From Myxococcota bacterium (GTDB taxonomy: Bacteria; Myxococcota_A; UBA796; UBA2385), in contig JBIJDH010000003.1 of the NCBI GenBank assembly GCA_044344255.1, forward strand, positions 192,001 to 256,000: DNA of 64,000 bases, written 5' to 3'. Of the stretch, positions 33,627 through 43,381 are shown in pieces (position 1 is the stretch's first letter; each line of letters starts with the position of its first letter). Below the pieces are notes generated by a model. It was not told the origin of the DNA, made no database searches, and saw only the letters and a list, made by a program, of their open reading frames with translations. Both the position numbers and the translations under genes were made by a program.

Positions 33627-35282
33627 TCACTTTTCGTGAGAGAGCTTCCAGTTCAGGTACAGGCAGGAGACCGCGTCCGGGAGCTGGGGGGGATCGCCGA
33701 AGACCCCCTTCATCTTCTCCGGGTTTCCGTTCAGCAGCGCGAGGCAAGGCACGGCGATGGACTGAGCGAGGGTGTCGGCGGTCTTGTCGAGGACCCAATC
33801 GCCGCGGGCCTCGAACTTGTCGAGCTGAATGGAGATCGCCCCCTCGCCGCTGAGGTCAAAGGCGGCGTCCTTGTCGAGGTAGTCGACCGTACCGAGGTCA
33901 GCGGCCCAGAACTTGGCCACGCGGGCGACGGCGGCGCGACCGCGACCGGCCTCCGGCACGTAGTCTGCGGACTTGCCAAGCTGATCGCGCACCATCGCGA
34001 AGCTCTTGTTCATCTCCTTTCGGTCGTCGGAGCCCTCGAGGTAGACACACTGGATCTTGCCGTTGGAGAGGCTCTCGAAGTTGCTCTCTACCTGTCCCTC
34101 CGGTCGGGCCCGTCCGGCCAGGTCAGCCGGGGTCCAGAGCAGCTTCTCGCGCTCTTCGGGGGCCTCGAGGGTGGAGGCGGGGCCGCGATGCTGGGCGTCG
34201 GGGACGGCGGTCATGCCGAGGTGGAGCGACTGCCGGTAGGTCATGCGGAGCGGGCCGCGGCCGCAGACGTCGACGCCGTCGGAGTCCGTAAAGGCCTCGA
34301 AGTCGGTCGACTGCAGATCGCGCCGGACGGGTAGCCAGGTCAACAGCACCTGCATGTCGCCGTCGAAGGTCTCCTCCTTTTGGACCCGGTCGCGCCACTC
34401 GGTGAAGGTGCGCTGGCGCTGGTCGCGGCCGTTCAAGAGCCACTCGTACTCTTTCTCCGCCGACAAGATTACCTTGACCTTCTTGCGGACGAGGTTTCGG
34501 AGCTCTTCGTCCTCCTTGAGCACGGCGAGCAGCGTCCCAGAATTGGTGACCTGGGCGGCGAGCTCCGAGAAGTCGAGCTCGGTGCTGTCCTTGGAGAGGG
34601 CGGCGTCGAGGTTCTTCCGGCCGCTCTCACACTCCTGTAGCCGCGTGGACTGGGAGGAGAGCAGCTTGCGGGAGCTGCAGCCCTGGCAGGAGAAGACCCC
34701 GGCGAAGAGCCAGCCGCCGAGCAGGGTCATGCCCAGGATGATGTTTCGGGGCTGATAGATGGCGCCCGACCGCACGAAGGTGACGGCCCGCTGGGCGATC
34801 TGGGCCGGGCCGAGCACGAGCAGGCGCGTCCAGGCCTGGCGCTTCACCTCCTGCCCCATCTTGTCGGCGGTGAGCCGATTTCGCCCTTGGCCGCTGCCCT
34901 TGACCGCCTTGCGTTGCTCGATCACCGCTGGCGGCAGGACGTCGAGCTCCACGATGAAGCGCGGGCCGTCCGGGGTGACCAGCGAGAAGCCATCCCCAGG
35001 GCGGACCGCGGTGGAGGTGGTGAGCTGGGTGGGGCGGCGCTCCCCCTGCTTCCACAAGAAGATCGTGGCGGTGCGGTCCGCCGGCGCCAGGATGAGGTTG
35101 GCCGAGCCTTGGCGGATCAGGCGGACGTGCTCGCCGATCACGCCCAGCGCTTCGTTGAGGACGATGTGGCAGCGATCGGCGTTGGAGCCGAGCCGAACCT
35201 CGAGCCCCTCGAAGGGGCCGAAGCGGGTGCCGCCGAATTCTGGCGTCAGCCTCAAGTAGACTGCGAGCTCTTCACCGGCCAT
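33627..35282 (-). CDS. Membrane-anchored protein with N-terminal FHA-like domain
   Basis: VRLGS...CHIVL...EHVRL...VRPGDGFSL pattern; one TM helix; large Cys-containing extracytoplasmic part. Confidence 0.6.
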   Translation of the reverse strand: MAGEELAVYLRLTPEFGGTRFGPFEGLEVRLGSNADRCHIVLNEALGVIGEHVRLIRQGSANLILAPADRTATIFLWKQGERRPTQLTTSTAVRPGDGFSLVTPDGPRFIVELDVLPPAVIEQRKAVKGSGQGRNRLTADKMGQEVKRQAWTRLLVLGPAQIAQRAVTFVRSGAIYQPRNIILGMTLLGGWLFAGVFSCQGCSSRKLLSSQSTRLQECESGRKNLDAALSKDSTELDFSELAAQVTNSGTLLAVLKEDEELRNLVRKKVKVILSAEKEYEWLLNGRDQRQRTFTEWRDRVQKEETFDGDMQVLLTWLPVRRDLQSTDFEAFTDSDGVDVCGRGPLRMTYRQSLHLGMTAVPDAQHRGPASTLEAPEEREKLLWTPADLAGRARPEGQVESNFESLSNGKIQCVYLEGSDDRKEMNKSFAMVRDQLGKSADYVPEAGRGRAAVARVAKFWAADLGTVDYLDKDAAFDLSGEGAISIQLDKFEARGDWVLDKTADTLAQSIAVPCLALLNGNPEKMKGVFGDPPQLPDAVSCLYLNWKLSHEK

Positions 35283-35353
35283 GCGCGCCGCTCCCCGGGG
35301 CGATGGTAACCGACGGCGGTCGACGTTGGGGTGAGCGACCTTGGGGAGGGCGG

Positions 35354-35382
35354 CTGACAGCTCCGGGCCGCTCGGGTAGGCT
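35354..35382 (+). promoter_or_regulatory. Putative sigma70-type promoter of the 35418-43309 cluster
   Basis: CTGACA-17 nt-TAGGCT in the divergent intergenic region. Confidence 0.4.
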
Positions 35383-35417
35383 CCGGGGCGGCCGAACCAC
35401 GCAGAGGCTCAATTCGC

Positions 35418-36437
35418 GTGAACATCTTCCTGGTCCCCTACACGTGGATGCGCCACCTCTCGATGGCCTTCTGGTGCGCCGCGGCCGGCCTCTTCGCCTG
35501 GTGGGCGGTGCTGACGCTCGTCGTGGTCGGCCCGCAGGTCTCGCTTGCCTTCGACTGGCCGCCCGGGGCCGACGGCCCGTTGCTCGTGGGCACCATCGCC
35601 GCCTTCGTCGCCGGGGCGAGCGTGCTCGGCGAGGGGAACCTGCGGAGGCAGCCGCTGCTCGGGCGTATCTTCCGGGTCGCGCTGGCCGTGCTGATCACCG
35701 AGCTCATCGCCCAGGTCTGGTACCAACTCTGGCACCTCATCGTGCCCGCCCTCCTGTTCAGCAGCCCGGCCCGCGCCGAGGACGCCGGTGACTCCTCGCT
35801 CGTCAGCCTGACCTACCGGCTCGGCGCCTTCGCGATGGCCGGCGCGGGCACCGGGATGGGGCCGCTGATCGTGCGTAAGGGCGCCGGGTGGATCGCCCAC
35901 CTCACCGGGGGCATGGCGGCCGGGCTGGGCGGGGCGTTGGTCTGGCACCTGCTTGGTTACAGCAACTTGAACACCGATCTCTACCTCCCCGGCGCGGCGC
36001 TGGGCCTCGTCTGGGGCTTCCTGTTCGGGCTCCTCTCTTGGGGGATCCCCGACGAGCTGTACGCTGGCTGGCTGCGGGTGTTGAGCCCGGGTCGGTACGG
36101 GCGACGTATCCCCATCGACGCGCCAGCCGGTGGCCCGAAGGAGCGCTTCATCGGTCACTTTCCGAGGGGGCTTGACCTCTTCCTCCCCGTCGAGAACGGC
36201 GTCTTGGAGCTCCACCTCTCCATCGCCGTCGACAAGCAGCAGCGCTACGCCGCCCGCGGGTTGACCCTCTCCCCCACGATCGTGCGGCGCTTCCTCGAGC
36301 GCATCGACCTCCGTTACGATCCACGCCGGCCCGCTCCCCTGGAGACTCCGCTCAGCAGCGGTGACCGCATCCAGCTCGGCACCGGGGCGAACAGCGCCGA
36401 GCTCGAGTTCATCCTCCTGCCTCGCGAAGAGAGCTGA
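35418..36437 (+). CDS. Multi-pass membrane protein with a C-terminal FHA-like domain
   Basis: About 6-7 Gly-rich TM segments, then GWLRVL...FIG...LHLSI...LSSGDRIQLG. Confidence 0.65.
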   Translation: MNIFLVPYTWMRHLSMAFWCAAAGLFAWWAVLTLVVVGPQVSLAFDWPPGADGPLLVGTIAAFVAGASVLGEGNLRRQPLLGRIFRVALAVLITELIAQVWYQLWHLIVPALLFSSPARAEDAGDSSLVSLTYRLGAFAMAGAGTGMGPLIVRKGAGWIAHLTGGMAAGLGGALVWHLLGYSNLNTDLYLPGAALGLVWGFLFGLLSWGIPDELYAGWLRVLSPGRYGRRIPIDAPAGGPKERFIGHFPRGLDLFLPVENGVLELHLSIAVDKQQRYAARGLTLSPTIVRRFLERIDLRYDPRRPAPLETPLSSGDRIQLGTGANSAELEFILLPREES

Positions 36438-36440
36438 GCC

Positions 36441-37901
36441 TTGACCGACCTCCGGCTGGCCCGCTTCGTCTCCCGGTGCCTGGTCGCGGCGGCGATGCTG
36501 GTCGGCGCTGGGGGATGCGCCGACAACTTGACCCCCATCCCCGGCACCACCACCCGCGTGGGTCGGCCGGTGCAGGCGGAGGGGCGGGAGCTCGGGCTCA
36601 AGATCTTCACCACGATGGACGACTGCAAGAGCTGGAGGATCGCGCCGGAGGACGTCCCATCCTGCCTCCCGCATGTCGATCGTTCGAGCGGGGAGGTGCG
36701 GCTCGGCTTTGCCTTCCTACGAAAGGAGACGGAGAGCGTCTACGCGATGCCCGAAGCGGAGGAGTACCTCCAGATCACGCACCAGGGTACCGCGGTCCAG
36801 GATGACGAGGGTGGTAAGATTGTGGAGGTGATCGGGCATGATCCGGAGGCCGTGCGGCGCCTCTACGTGCTGGTCATCGACGGTTCCTCCTCCATGTGGG
36901 AGGACAACCGGATGCAGAAGATCAAGTCGGCCTTGCGTCGCCAGGACGTGGTGGATTCGTTCTTTCCACAAGACGTCAAGTCCGCCGTGGTCCTCTTTCA
37001 GTTCACCGACGGTGATCCGAGGCCGGTCGGGGGCCAGCTCACCATCTTGCAGAACCGGAAACAATTCGGCGCCGCCGTCGAGCAGCTCCAGGTGCTGTCC
37101 GGCTACACGCACCTCTACGACGCCGTGGCCTTCGCGTCCGGCGCGCTCTTGAAGGACCCCTCGATCGCTGAGCTCCTCGACCGCGAGGAGATGGGCGTGA
37201 CCGTCATCGCGCTCACCGACGGGTTCAACAACGAGAAGCGGGACGACCAGTGTGCGACGAACGCTGATCGGATCAGCCGGCTGTTGAAGGGGATGCTCCA
37301 GCAGCGGCAGGACAAGCAGGACCTCCGGACTCGGCCGACGATCTACACGGTGGGCCTCGGCAAGCCGCTCCGCCCGGGCTTTCACCTCGACGGTGACGTC
37401 GGCACGGAGGTCAAGCCCATCCAGCTCTGCGGCAAGCGCTTCGCCTACATGACCATCGACGGAAACCTGGAGCGGTATGGCATCGACAACGCCAGCCTCG
37501 CTATCATCGCCGATGCAGGCGGGGGTACGAGCTACGTCAAGGAGACCAAGGACGGGCTGGCCGAGGCCTTCCGCGCGGCGGCGCCGATGCGCTACCGCTG
37601 GTTCGAGCTCCGCTACCGAACCGATCCCTTCTACCTCCGCCGCAAATTCAAGACGGGTATCAAGCTGACGAGCTTCGCCACCGCGGAGGCCTCGGTCGAG
37701 CTCTTTCCGAGCGCCTGGCTGGACGGACCTCCCGGGGTGGAGGGGGAGGACGGCTGGACGAAGAGCCAGTCCTACCTCCACACTACCGTGGTGGTGATGC
37801 CCGTTCTGGGGCTCCTCGTCGCGCTCTCCTATGTCGGGGCGGTGGTCTTCAACACGCGGCGCGTGCTCTTCGGCCGCACTCGTCCCGGTCGTACGCGTTA
37901 G
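36441..37901 (+). CDS. vWA domain lipoprotein/membrane protein
   Basis: Lipobox-like GAGGC; MIDAS DGSSS, THLYDA, LTDG, IYTVGLG; C-terminal TM helix. Confidence 0.8.
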   Translation: MTDLRLARFVSRCLVAAAMLVGAGGCADNLTPIPGTTTRVGRPVQAEGRELGLKIFTTMDDCKSWRIAPEDVPSCLPHVDRSSGEVRLGFAFLRKETESVYAMPEAEEYLQITHQGTAVQDDEGGKIVEVIGHDPEAVRRLYVLVIDGSSSMWEDNRMQKIKSALRRQDVVDSFFPQDVKSAVVLFQFTDGDPRPVGGQLTILQNRKQFGAAVEQLQVLSGYTHLYDAVAFASGALLKDPSIAELLDREEMGVTVIALTDGFNNEKRDDQCATNADRISRLLKGMLQQRQDKQDLRTRPTIYTVGLGKPLRPGFHLDGDVGTEVKPIQLCGKRFAYMTIDGNLERYGIDNASLAIIADAGGGTSYVKETKDGLAEAFRAAAPMRYRWFELRYRTDPFYLRRKFKTGIKLTSFATAEASVELFPSAWLDGPPGVEGEDGWTKSQSYLHTTVVVMPVLGLLVALSYVGAVVFNTRRVLFGRTRPGRTR

Positions 37902-37919
37902 AATCCGCCCAGGAGCGTC

Positions 37920-40187
37920 GTGGCCCGGTTCATCGGACAATATGAGGTCGTCTCAGAGCTCGGATCCGGGCACTTTGGGGCCGTGTATCTGGCAGCCGGC
38001 GAGGTCCCCGGCCGTGGGGGGCAGCCCGGTCGGCGGCGGCTCGTCGCGATCAAGAAGCTCAAGGACTCCGCGGATCGGGAGGCGCTGGCGCTGCTCGTTC
38101 AGGAGTTCGCGCTCCTCGATCAGGTCAAACACCGCAGCGTCGTGAGGGTCTTTGAGTACCTGCAGGACGAGAACGCGGTGGTCATGGAGTACGTCCACGG
38201 CGTCACCCTCAAGCGGGTGACCGAGGAGCTCGACCGCGCCCGGGAGCAGGTCTTCACGGAGGCCGCCGTCGAGATCGGCTGCGAGATCGCAGACGCGCTC
38301 TTTCAGGCCTACACCACGCCAGGCGACAACGGAGAGCCGCTGCAGCTGGTCCACCGAGACCTCAAGCCTGCGAACCTGATGCTCACGCCGCAGGGGGAGG
38401 TCAAGATCCTCGACTGGGGGCTCGCCCGAGTCGACAACGCGGACTTTCGGAGAGAGTCGCGGGACCGCATCAAGGGCACCCTCCTTTACATGGCCCCCGA
38501 GCAGGCGAGGGGGAAAGGTGTCGATCACCGAAGCGACCTCTTTGCGCTCGGCCTCGTGCTGTATGAGCTGCTGCTCAACAAGACCGCCTACCAGGTGCCC
38601 GACAAGGTGGCCGATCCCTACGCCGCTGTCGTCAAGGCCATCGAGGCGGGGGACGTCGCCGGGCCCTGCAAGGAGCTGGAGGCGAGGCTCCCGGCCATCG
38701 GGCCGGTGATCACGCGGGCCCTTCAACCTCGGCAGGCCGATCGGTATCGGACGGGCCAGGAGCTGATGGTCGATCTCCGGCGTCAGCTTTATCGGGATCG
38801 CGGCGCCTATCTCCAAGAATTTTGCGAGTTCTTCTTTGGGACCATCTGCGACATCGGGGAGCCTCCCTCGATCGAGGGGTTGGGCCTCGTGGGTCGCGCG
38901 CCGGCCAAGGCGCGAGGCGGCCGCGCCTCCATCGAGGAGCGCCTGAAGGAGTCCATGGTGCGCGAGACACGAGCGCGGGACACCGTCCAGAGCTCCGCGC
39001 CGGTGCCCTTGAACTCGCCCGACGCGGCGAGGCGGGCCCCCGTGGCGCCGCCGCTCCGCGGGAACCCTGTCCCTGAGCCTGGAGGAGCCATGTCCGGCGC
39101 CCGTAAGCCTCCCCCGCCGCCGGTCGGTGGCGCCGCCTCCCGGGCTGGCCCGCCGCCGCCCCCCGCGCCGAGCCGGGCGCCGGCCCCCCCTCCGCCTCCC
39201 CGCGGCGCGGCGCCTCCGCCGGCTCCTCCCCGCCCGACTCCGCCGAAGCCGGTGGGTCAACGACGCCCCGACGAGACCGGCATGCTGGAGATGGTGCCGT
39301 TGAACCAGGACGACGATGAGGTAGAAGCCTCGGGAGACCCGAGCGCCACGTCCTTCTTCGCGATCCCGGCGCCCAAGGCGGGGCGGAGCTCGGCCAGCTC
39401 CGCGTCTGGAGGCGGCGGGATGGCCCCCTCGCCGATGTCCATGGCCTCGATGGCGCCGCCGCCCCCGCCGCCGCGGATGGGCATGGGGCAGCCCCCCGCC
39501 GCCGCGATGCCGGGGATGGGCGGCCCGATGGGGGTGAGCAGCATGCCTCCTCCCCCGCCGCCGCCGATGATCCAGGGCCCTGTGGCCGGATACGGTGCCC
39601 CTCCGCAAGGAGGCACCCCGTTCCATGTGCAGGGCGGAGTGGCGCCCCCGGCAGACGCGGGCGCGCGGGTCCAGTCGAACCGCGTCTATGCCATCCTCTT
39701 CTCGGTCTTCCTCCTGGTGTGCGCGGCGGTCTTCTTCGCCGTCTGGTTCAGCCCGTTGCTCACCAAGGCCGCCCCCGAGAAGGAGGAGACCAAGGTGGTC
39801 GCTACTGCGGCGGAGCCCGCGAAGAAGAAGCAGGACACGGGGCTCGCCCCGCCCCCGCCGCCGGAGCCTGTGAAGAGGCCTTCGGGTGGCGGCGGGACGA
39901 AGAAGGAGACCACGCCCAAGGTTCAGTCGAGCGCGCCGCCCGCGCGGGGCGGGACGCTCACGGTGACCATGACGGATGGGTCACCGGTGACGGGCTTCGA
40001 GGTCAACTGCCCGAGCGGCTTCCGCGAGCGCGGCACCATTCGAGGGACCAGCGGGTCGGTCGCGAACGTGCCGAATGAGCCGTGCACGATCTTCTTTAAG
40101 GGCGTCGGCTCCGCGAAGTGGGGGCCCGTGACCGGCGGTCGGTCCGTGAAGTGTCGCATCGAGGGGAGCACCGGCGTCTGCAGCTGA
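37920..40187 (+). CDS. Hanks-type Ser/Thr protein kinase with Pro-rich linker, TM helix and small extracytoplasmic domain
   Basis: LGSGHFGAV, VAIK, HRDLKPAN, DWG (DFG variant), YMAPEQ, SDLFALG. Confidence 0.93.
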   Translation: MARFIGQYEVVSELGSGHFGAVYLAAGEVPGRGGQPGRRRLVAIKKLKDSADREALALLVQEFALLDQVKHRSVVRVFEYLQDENAVVMEYVHGVTLKRVTEELDRAREQVFTEAAVEIGCEIADALFQAYTTPGDNGEPLQLVHRDLKPANLMLTPQGEVKILDWGLARVDNADFRRESRDRIKGTLLYMAPEQARGKGVDHRSDLFALGLVLYELLLNKTAYQVPDKVADPYAAVVKAIEAGDVAGPCKELEARLPAIGPVITRALQPRQADRYRTGQELMVDLRRQLYRDRGAYLQEFCEFFFGTICDIGEPPSIEGLGLVGRAPAKARGGRASIEERLKESMVRETRARDTVQSSAPVPLNSPDAARRAPVAPPLRGNPVPEPGGAMSGARKPPPPPVGGAASRAGPPPPPAPSRAPAPPPPPRGAAPPPAPPRPTPPKPVGQRRPDETGMLEMVPLNQDDDEVEASGDPSATSFFAIPAPKAGRSSASSASGGGGMAPSPMSMASMAPPPPPPRMGMGQPPAAAMPGMGGPMGVSSMPPPPPPPMIQGPVAGYGAPPQGGTPFHVQGGVAPPADAGARVQSNRVYAILFSVFLLVCAAVFFAVWFSPLLTKAAPEKEETKVVATAAEPAKKKQDTGLAPPPPPEPVKRPSGGGGTKKETTPKVQSSAPPARGGTLTVTMTDGSPVTGFEVNCPSGFRERGTIRGTSGSVANVPNEPCTIFFKGVGSAKWGPVTGGRSVKCRIEGSTGVCS

Positions 40188-40336
40188 GGCTCCGCGGAGC
40201 TGGAACCTCTGCGCCGTGGGGCGCGACCGACCGGGCGGGGCTTGCTTTCGACCTCCCCCCTGCCCGTGAGACCCGCGACGCGGTAGGATCTGCGCCGCGA
40301 GCCTGTTGAGAGAGCCTCCATCTCGAGAGAACGGCG

Positions 40337-42325
40337 ATGTTGATCCGGTTCCTGGTCCTGCTGCTCACCTTCTGCTTCGGCAGCGCCTATGCATCCACGC
40401 TTCCGGATGGCGATTCGCCGACGGTGGCCGGACGGTCCTACAAGAAGGACGAGAAGAGCGCCGAAGAGAAGTCGGAAGACCAGAAGCGTGCGGAGGCGGA
40501 GGCGGAGCGGAAGCGGAAGGAGAAGCTGGCGCGTGTCATCGTCCTCAAGTGGAAGGGCACCGACACCGACTACTCGAACGACCTCGTGATGCGGAACGTG
40601 CGGAGTCGAATCTCCCGTCCGGAGGCGATGTTCTTCCCCGAGGTCGATCTGTACCAGTCGGGCCGCAAGGTCCCCGATCGTACGGTGATCCCGGCGCTGC
40701 AGCCCGCCGTGGTCCCGGACGCCAACATCGCCGTGATCCTGAACGAGGTGAACAAGGTGGCGAGCGTGCCCTGGAACGCTTGGACCCCGTCGGAGTGGGG
40801 GCTCAAGGCCCAGGAGCTCGCCCGGCTGTCCGAGAGCCTGTGGTTCGTGGACCGGGTGGAGCTGCGCGAGCCGCTCTTCCTGCTGTACTCGCAGATTGGC
40901 AAGTGCGCGGAGAACCAGAACCACCCGGCCTCGCCCTTCTTCGAGCAGGTTGGCCCCACGCCGGTCAACTACTACTGGTACAAGGCGGCGCTCCTTGCGT
41001 ATCAGGAGCCTGCGTTGATGAGCAAGCTCACCGACCAGGACCTCGCCGGGAGCATCGGGTACCTGCTGTCCCAGCTCCAGCAGGGTTTCTACCCCTCCTA
41101 CAAGATCGACTTTGAGCTCGAGAACAACTACAACGCCGAACAGTTCAACAAAGAGTACGAGATCCGCATCAACGGCATCCCGGTTGAGCTCGACAAAGAC
41201 GCCCAGTACGACGCCTTCCTCGGGCGCACCGACATCTACCTGAAGCGGAAGGACTCCGGCCACGGCCTCTCAGAGCGCCTGGAGCTGCTTCAGCTCGACA
41301 ACAAGGTCTGGTTCGTCCGTGACGTCGCCCGCAAGATGATGGGCATCGACTTCATCGAGCAGCTCTTTCTCCACAAGATTGAGTGCTCCCCCGAGGTGGA
41401 TGGCAACATCCTGAACTACCTCGCGATCTACCAGAAGCTCCACGACAAGGCCGAGATCTACATCGCGGTGCCCGAGAACGGGAACCCGAACGAGGTCTGG
41501 ATCTGGCGATATGATCGGCAGAAGGCTGAGCTCAGCCGCGTGGGCGAGCCCGACAACTTCCCTGTGCACTTCGCCTTCGTCGCGAGCTCAGGCCTGATCT
41601 ACAACGGGGCCAGCAGCTCGGTCGATCAAGAGGTGGACACGGGCGGCAAGGACAACAGCTCCGAGCCGGGTGATCGGACCGGCCTCGACATCACGGTCGA
41701 CCCGGCCGCGGTTCCCTTCCAGGCCGAGCTGCGCATCCACTACAACCGCCTGATGGTGGCCTTCGGTGGGGAGTGGGGCCTCGAAGCCTCCCGCAAGGAT
41801 GAGGCGAACGGGTGGGTTGAGTACTACCAGCACCGCAAGCCCTTTGGATACGTGACGGATGCAGACGGGAACAGCACCTTCAAGGAGCTGGATGAGAACG
41901 ACATCGGTGCGGTGGCGCTCTCATCTTGTGGTGACAAGGGCGAGTCCTGCCAGGCTGACCAGATCCTCATGCACCGCGACTTCAACCGGAACCTCTGGCT
42001 CTCTTCGGGCATGGTCTTTGGCCGTGATGCGGGGATCGGCTTCGGCCCTCGGCTAGCCTTCCGCTTCGGTTGGAACAACATGCCCCACGGCGTGACCACC
42101 ACCGGCCACTTCGGCTGGGCCATCCAACCGCCGATCGGCGACTTCGGCGGGCGGGTGCGTCCGCTGGTGGACATCGATCTGCGCGGCGGCGCCATGATCC
42201 CCACCGACCGCTCCCTCGCTCGTGACCCCCTGCCTGGCTACGAACAGCTCGACAAGGAAGGGAACCCGGAGAGCCCGGTCCAGCCCCTCTTCGGAGGGAC
42301 GCTGGGGATCGGCCTCACCTTCTGA
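40337..42325 (+). CDS. Exported protein, probably with a C-terminal outer-membrane beta-barrel
   Basis: Signal peptide (AYA); alternating amphipathic strands in the C-terminal half; ends LGIGLTF. Confidence 0.6.
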   Translation: MLIRFLVLLLTFCFGSAYASTLPDGDSPTVAGRSYKKDEKSAEEKSEDQKRAEAEAERKRKEKLARVIVLKWKGTDTDYSNDLVMRNVRSRISRPEAMFFPEVDLYQSGRKVPDRTVIPALQPAVVPDANIAVILNEVNKVASVPWNAWTPSEWGLKAQELARLSESLWFVDRVELREPLFLLYSQIGKCAENQNHPASPFFEQVGPTPVNYYWYKAALLAYQEPALMSKLTDQDLAGSIGYLLSQLQQGFYPSYKIDFELENNYNAEQFNKEYEIRINGIPVELDKDAQYDAFLGRTDIYLKRKDSGHGLSERLELLQLDNKVWFVRDVARKMMGIDFIEQLFLHKIECSPEVDGNILNYLAIYQKLHDKAEIYIAVPENGNPNEVWIWRYDRQKAELSRVGEPDNFPVHFAFVASSGLIYNGASSSVDQEVDTGGKDNSSEPGDRTGLDITVDPAAVPFQAELRIHYNRLMVAFGGEWGLEASRKDEANGWVEYYQHRKPFGYVTDADGNSTFKELDENDIGAVALSSCGDKGESCQADQILMHRDFNRNLWLSSGMVFGRDAGIGFGPRLAFRFGWNNMPHGVTTTGHFGWAIQPPIGDFGGRVRPLVDIDLRGGAMIPTDRSLARDPLPGYEQLDKEGNPESPVQPLFGGTLGIGLTF

Positions 42326-42412
42326 TCTCGCCGAGGAGCGCGGGGACGCGGCCCTCAGTCTGCCGGCTCGTTGGTCGCCAACGGGCCCGCTCTTGGCCTT
42401 TCTGGAGGATGG

Positions 42413-43309
42413 ATGCTGTTGCTCGCGCTTCTCGGGGTCGCTCATGCCGGTGAGCTGGCTTGGCGGTGGACTCCAGGGGTCACCTACCGATACCACGCGG
42501 AGGCGATCCTCCAGGTCCCCGGAAACGTCTTCTTGATGCACGCGGAGCGCAACCTGGAGGCTCGCGCGGCACAGCTCGGGATCGCCGCAGACTTGACCTG
42601 CACGCCGACGGCCAAGAAGAAAGGCTGGGATCTGACGTGCACCCTCGATCAGGTCGGCTTGGAGGGCTTGGCCGTGTCCGGCGAGCAGGACAACCTCAAG
42701 GTCATCCTCGCCGAAGACAACGAGAAGCTGAAGGGCTCAACCTTGACCCTCGACGTCGCGGAAGACGGGCGGATCAAGGGCGTCGCCTTGCCGAACTGGG
42801 ACCGGCGGGATTCCCGCCACAAGCTGATCGTCGAGGAGATGCGGATGGTGCTGGCGCGCCTCGTCGTCCCCCTCGGTATGGAGACCCCCGGCGACGGTAT
42901 CGGCGCGACCGGTTGGAAGCACTCGGGCTCGTACCCTGGCTTTGTGCTGTTTGACAACGGCGGTTCGACGGGCGGTTCCTTCTATCGGTACGAGCTCGGC
43001 GGGCCCCCAGTCCCGGGCACCGTCGGCGTGCTCGGCGCTGGCACGGCCGCCCAGTCCACCTCGGCGGAGCTGGCGCGGAACATCGGCGCCGCCGTCAGCC
43101 TCGTGGGCGCCGGCCAGTACCGCTTCGACAGCCAGTCCGGCACCCTCGCGTGGGGTACGGTCACGATCACGGGCGAAGCGACGAACAGCAACCCGACGGC
43201 CCAGCTCAAGTACCAGTACGGCTACGCGGGATGGATCGGCCGGATAAACGCCGATGGATCGGTCGAGGGGATCGGCGGCCCCTCTCCGGTGCCCGCCGCG
43301 ACCCCCTGA
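42413..43309 (+). CDS. Exported hypothetical protein
   Basis: Signal peptide MLLLALLGVAHA; GGAGG RBS; coding-like composition. Confidence 0.65.
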   Translation: MLLLALLGVAHAGELAWRWTPGVTYRYHAEAILQVPGNVFLMHAERNLEARAAQLGIAADLTCTPTAKKKGWDLTCTLDQVGLEGLAVSGEQDNLKVILAEDNEKLKGSTLTLDVAEDGRIKGVALPNWDRRDSRHKLIVEEMRMVLARLVVPLGMETPGDGIGATGWKHSGSYPGFVLFDNGGSTGGSFYRYELGGPPVPGTVGVLGAGTAAQSTSAELARNIGAAVSLVGAGQYRFDSQSGTLAWGTVTITGEATNSNPTAQLKYQYGYAGWIGRINADGSVEGIGGPSPVPAATP

Positions 43310-43381
43310 AGGTCAGCCCCCGGGGGTCCGAGGGAGATCGACGGTCCGCGCCACGGGTGCAGCGCTACCGGGCCGACCGAC

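Noticed and set aside
38410..38425. Kinase DWG instead of DFG as a sign of a pseudokinase
   Set aside because: The catalytic Lys, HRD, Asn and Mg-binding Asp are intact; DWG is a tolerated variant
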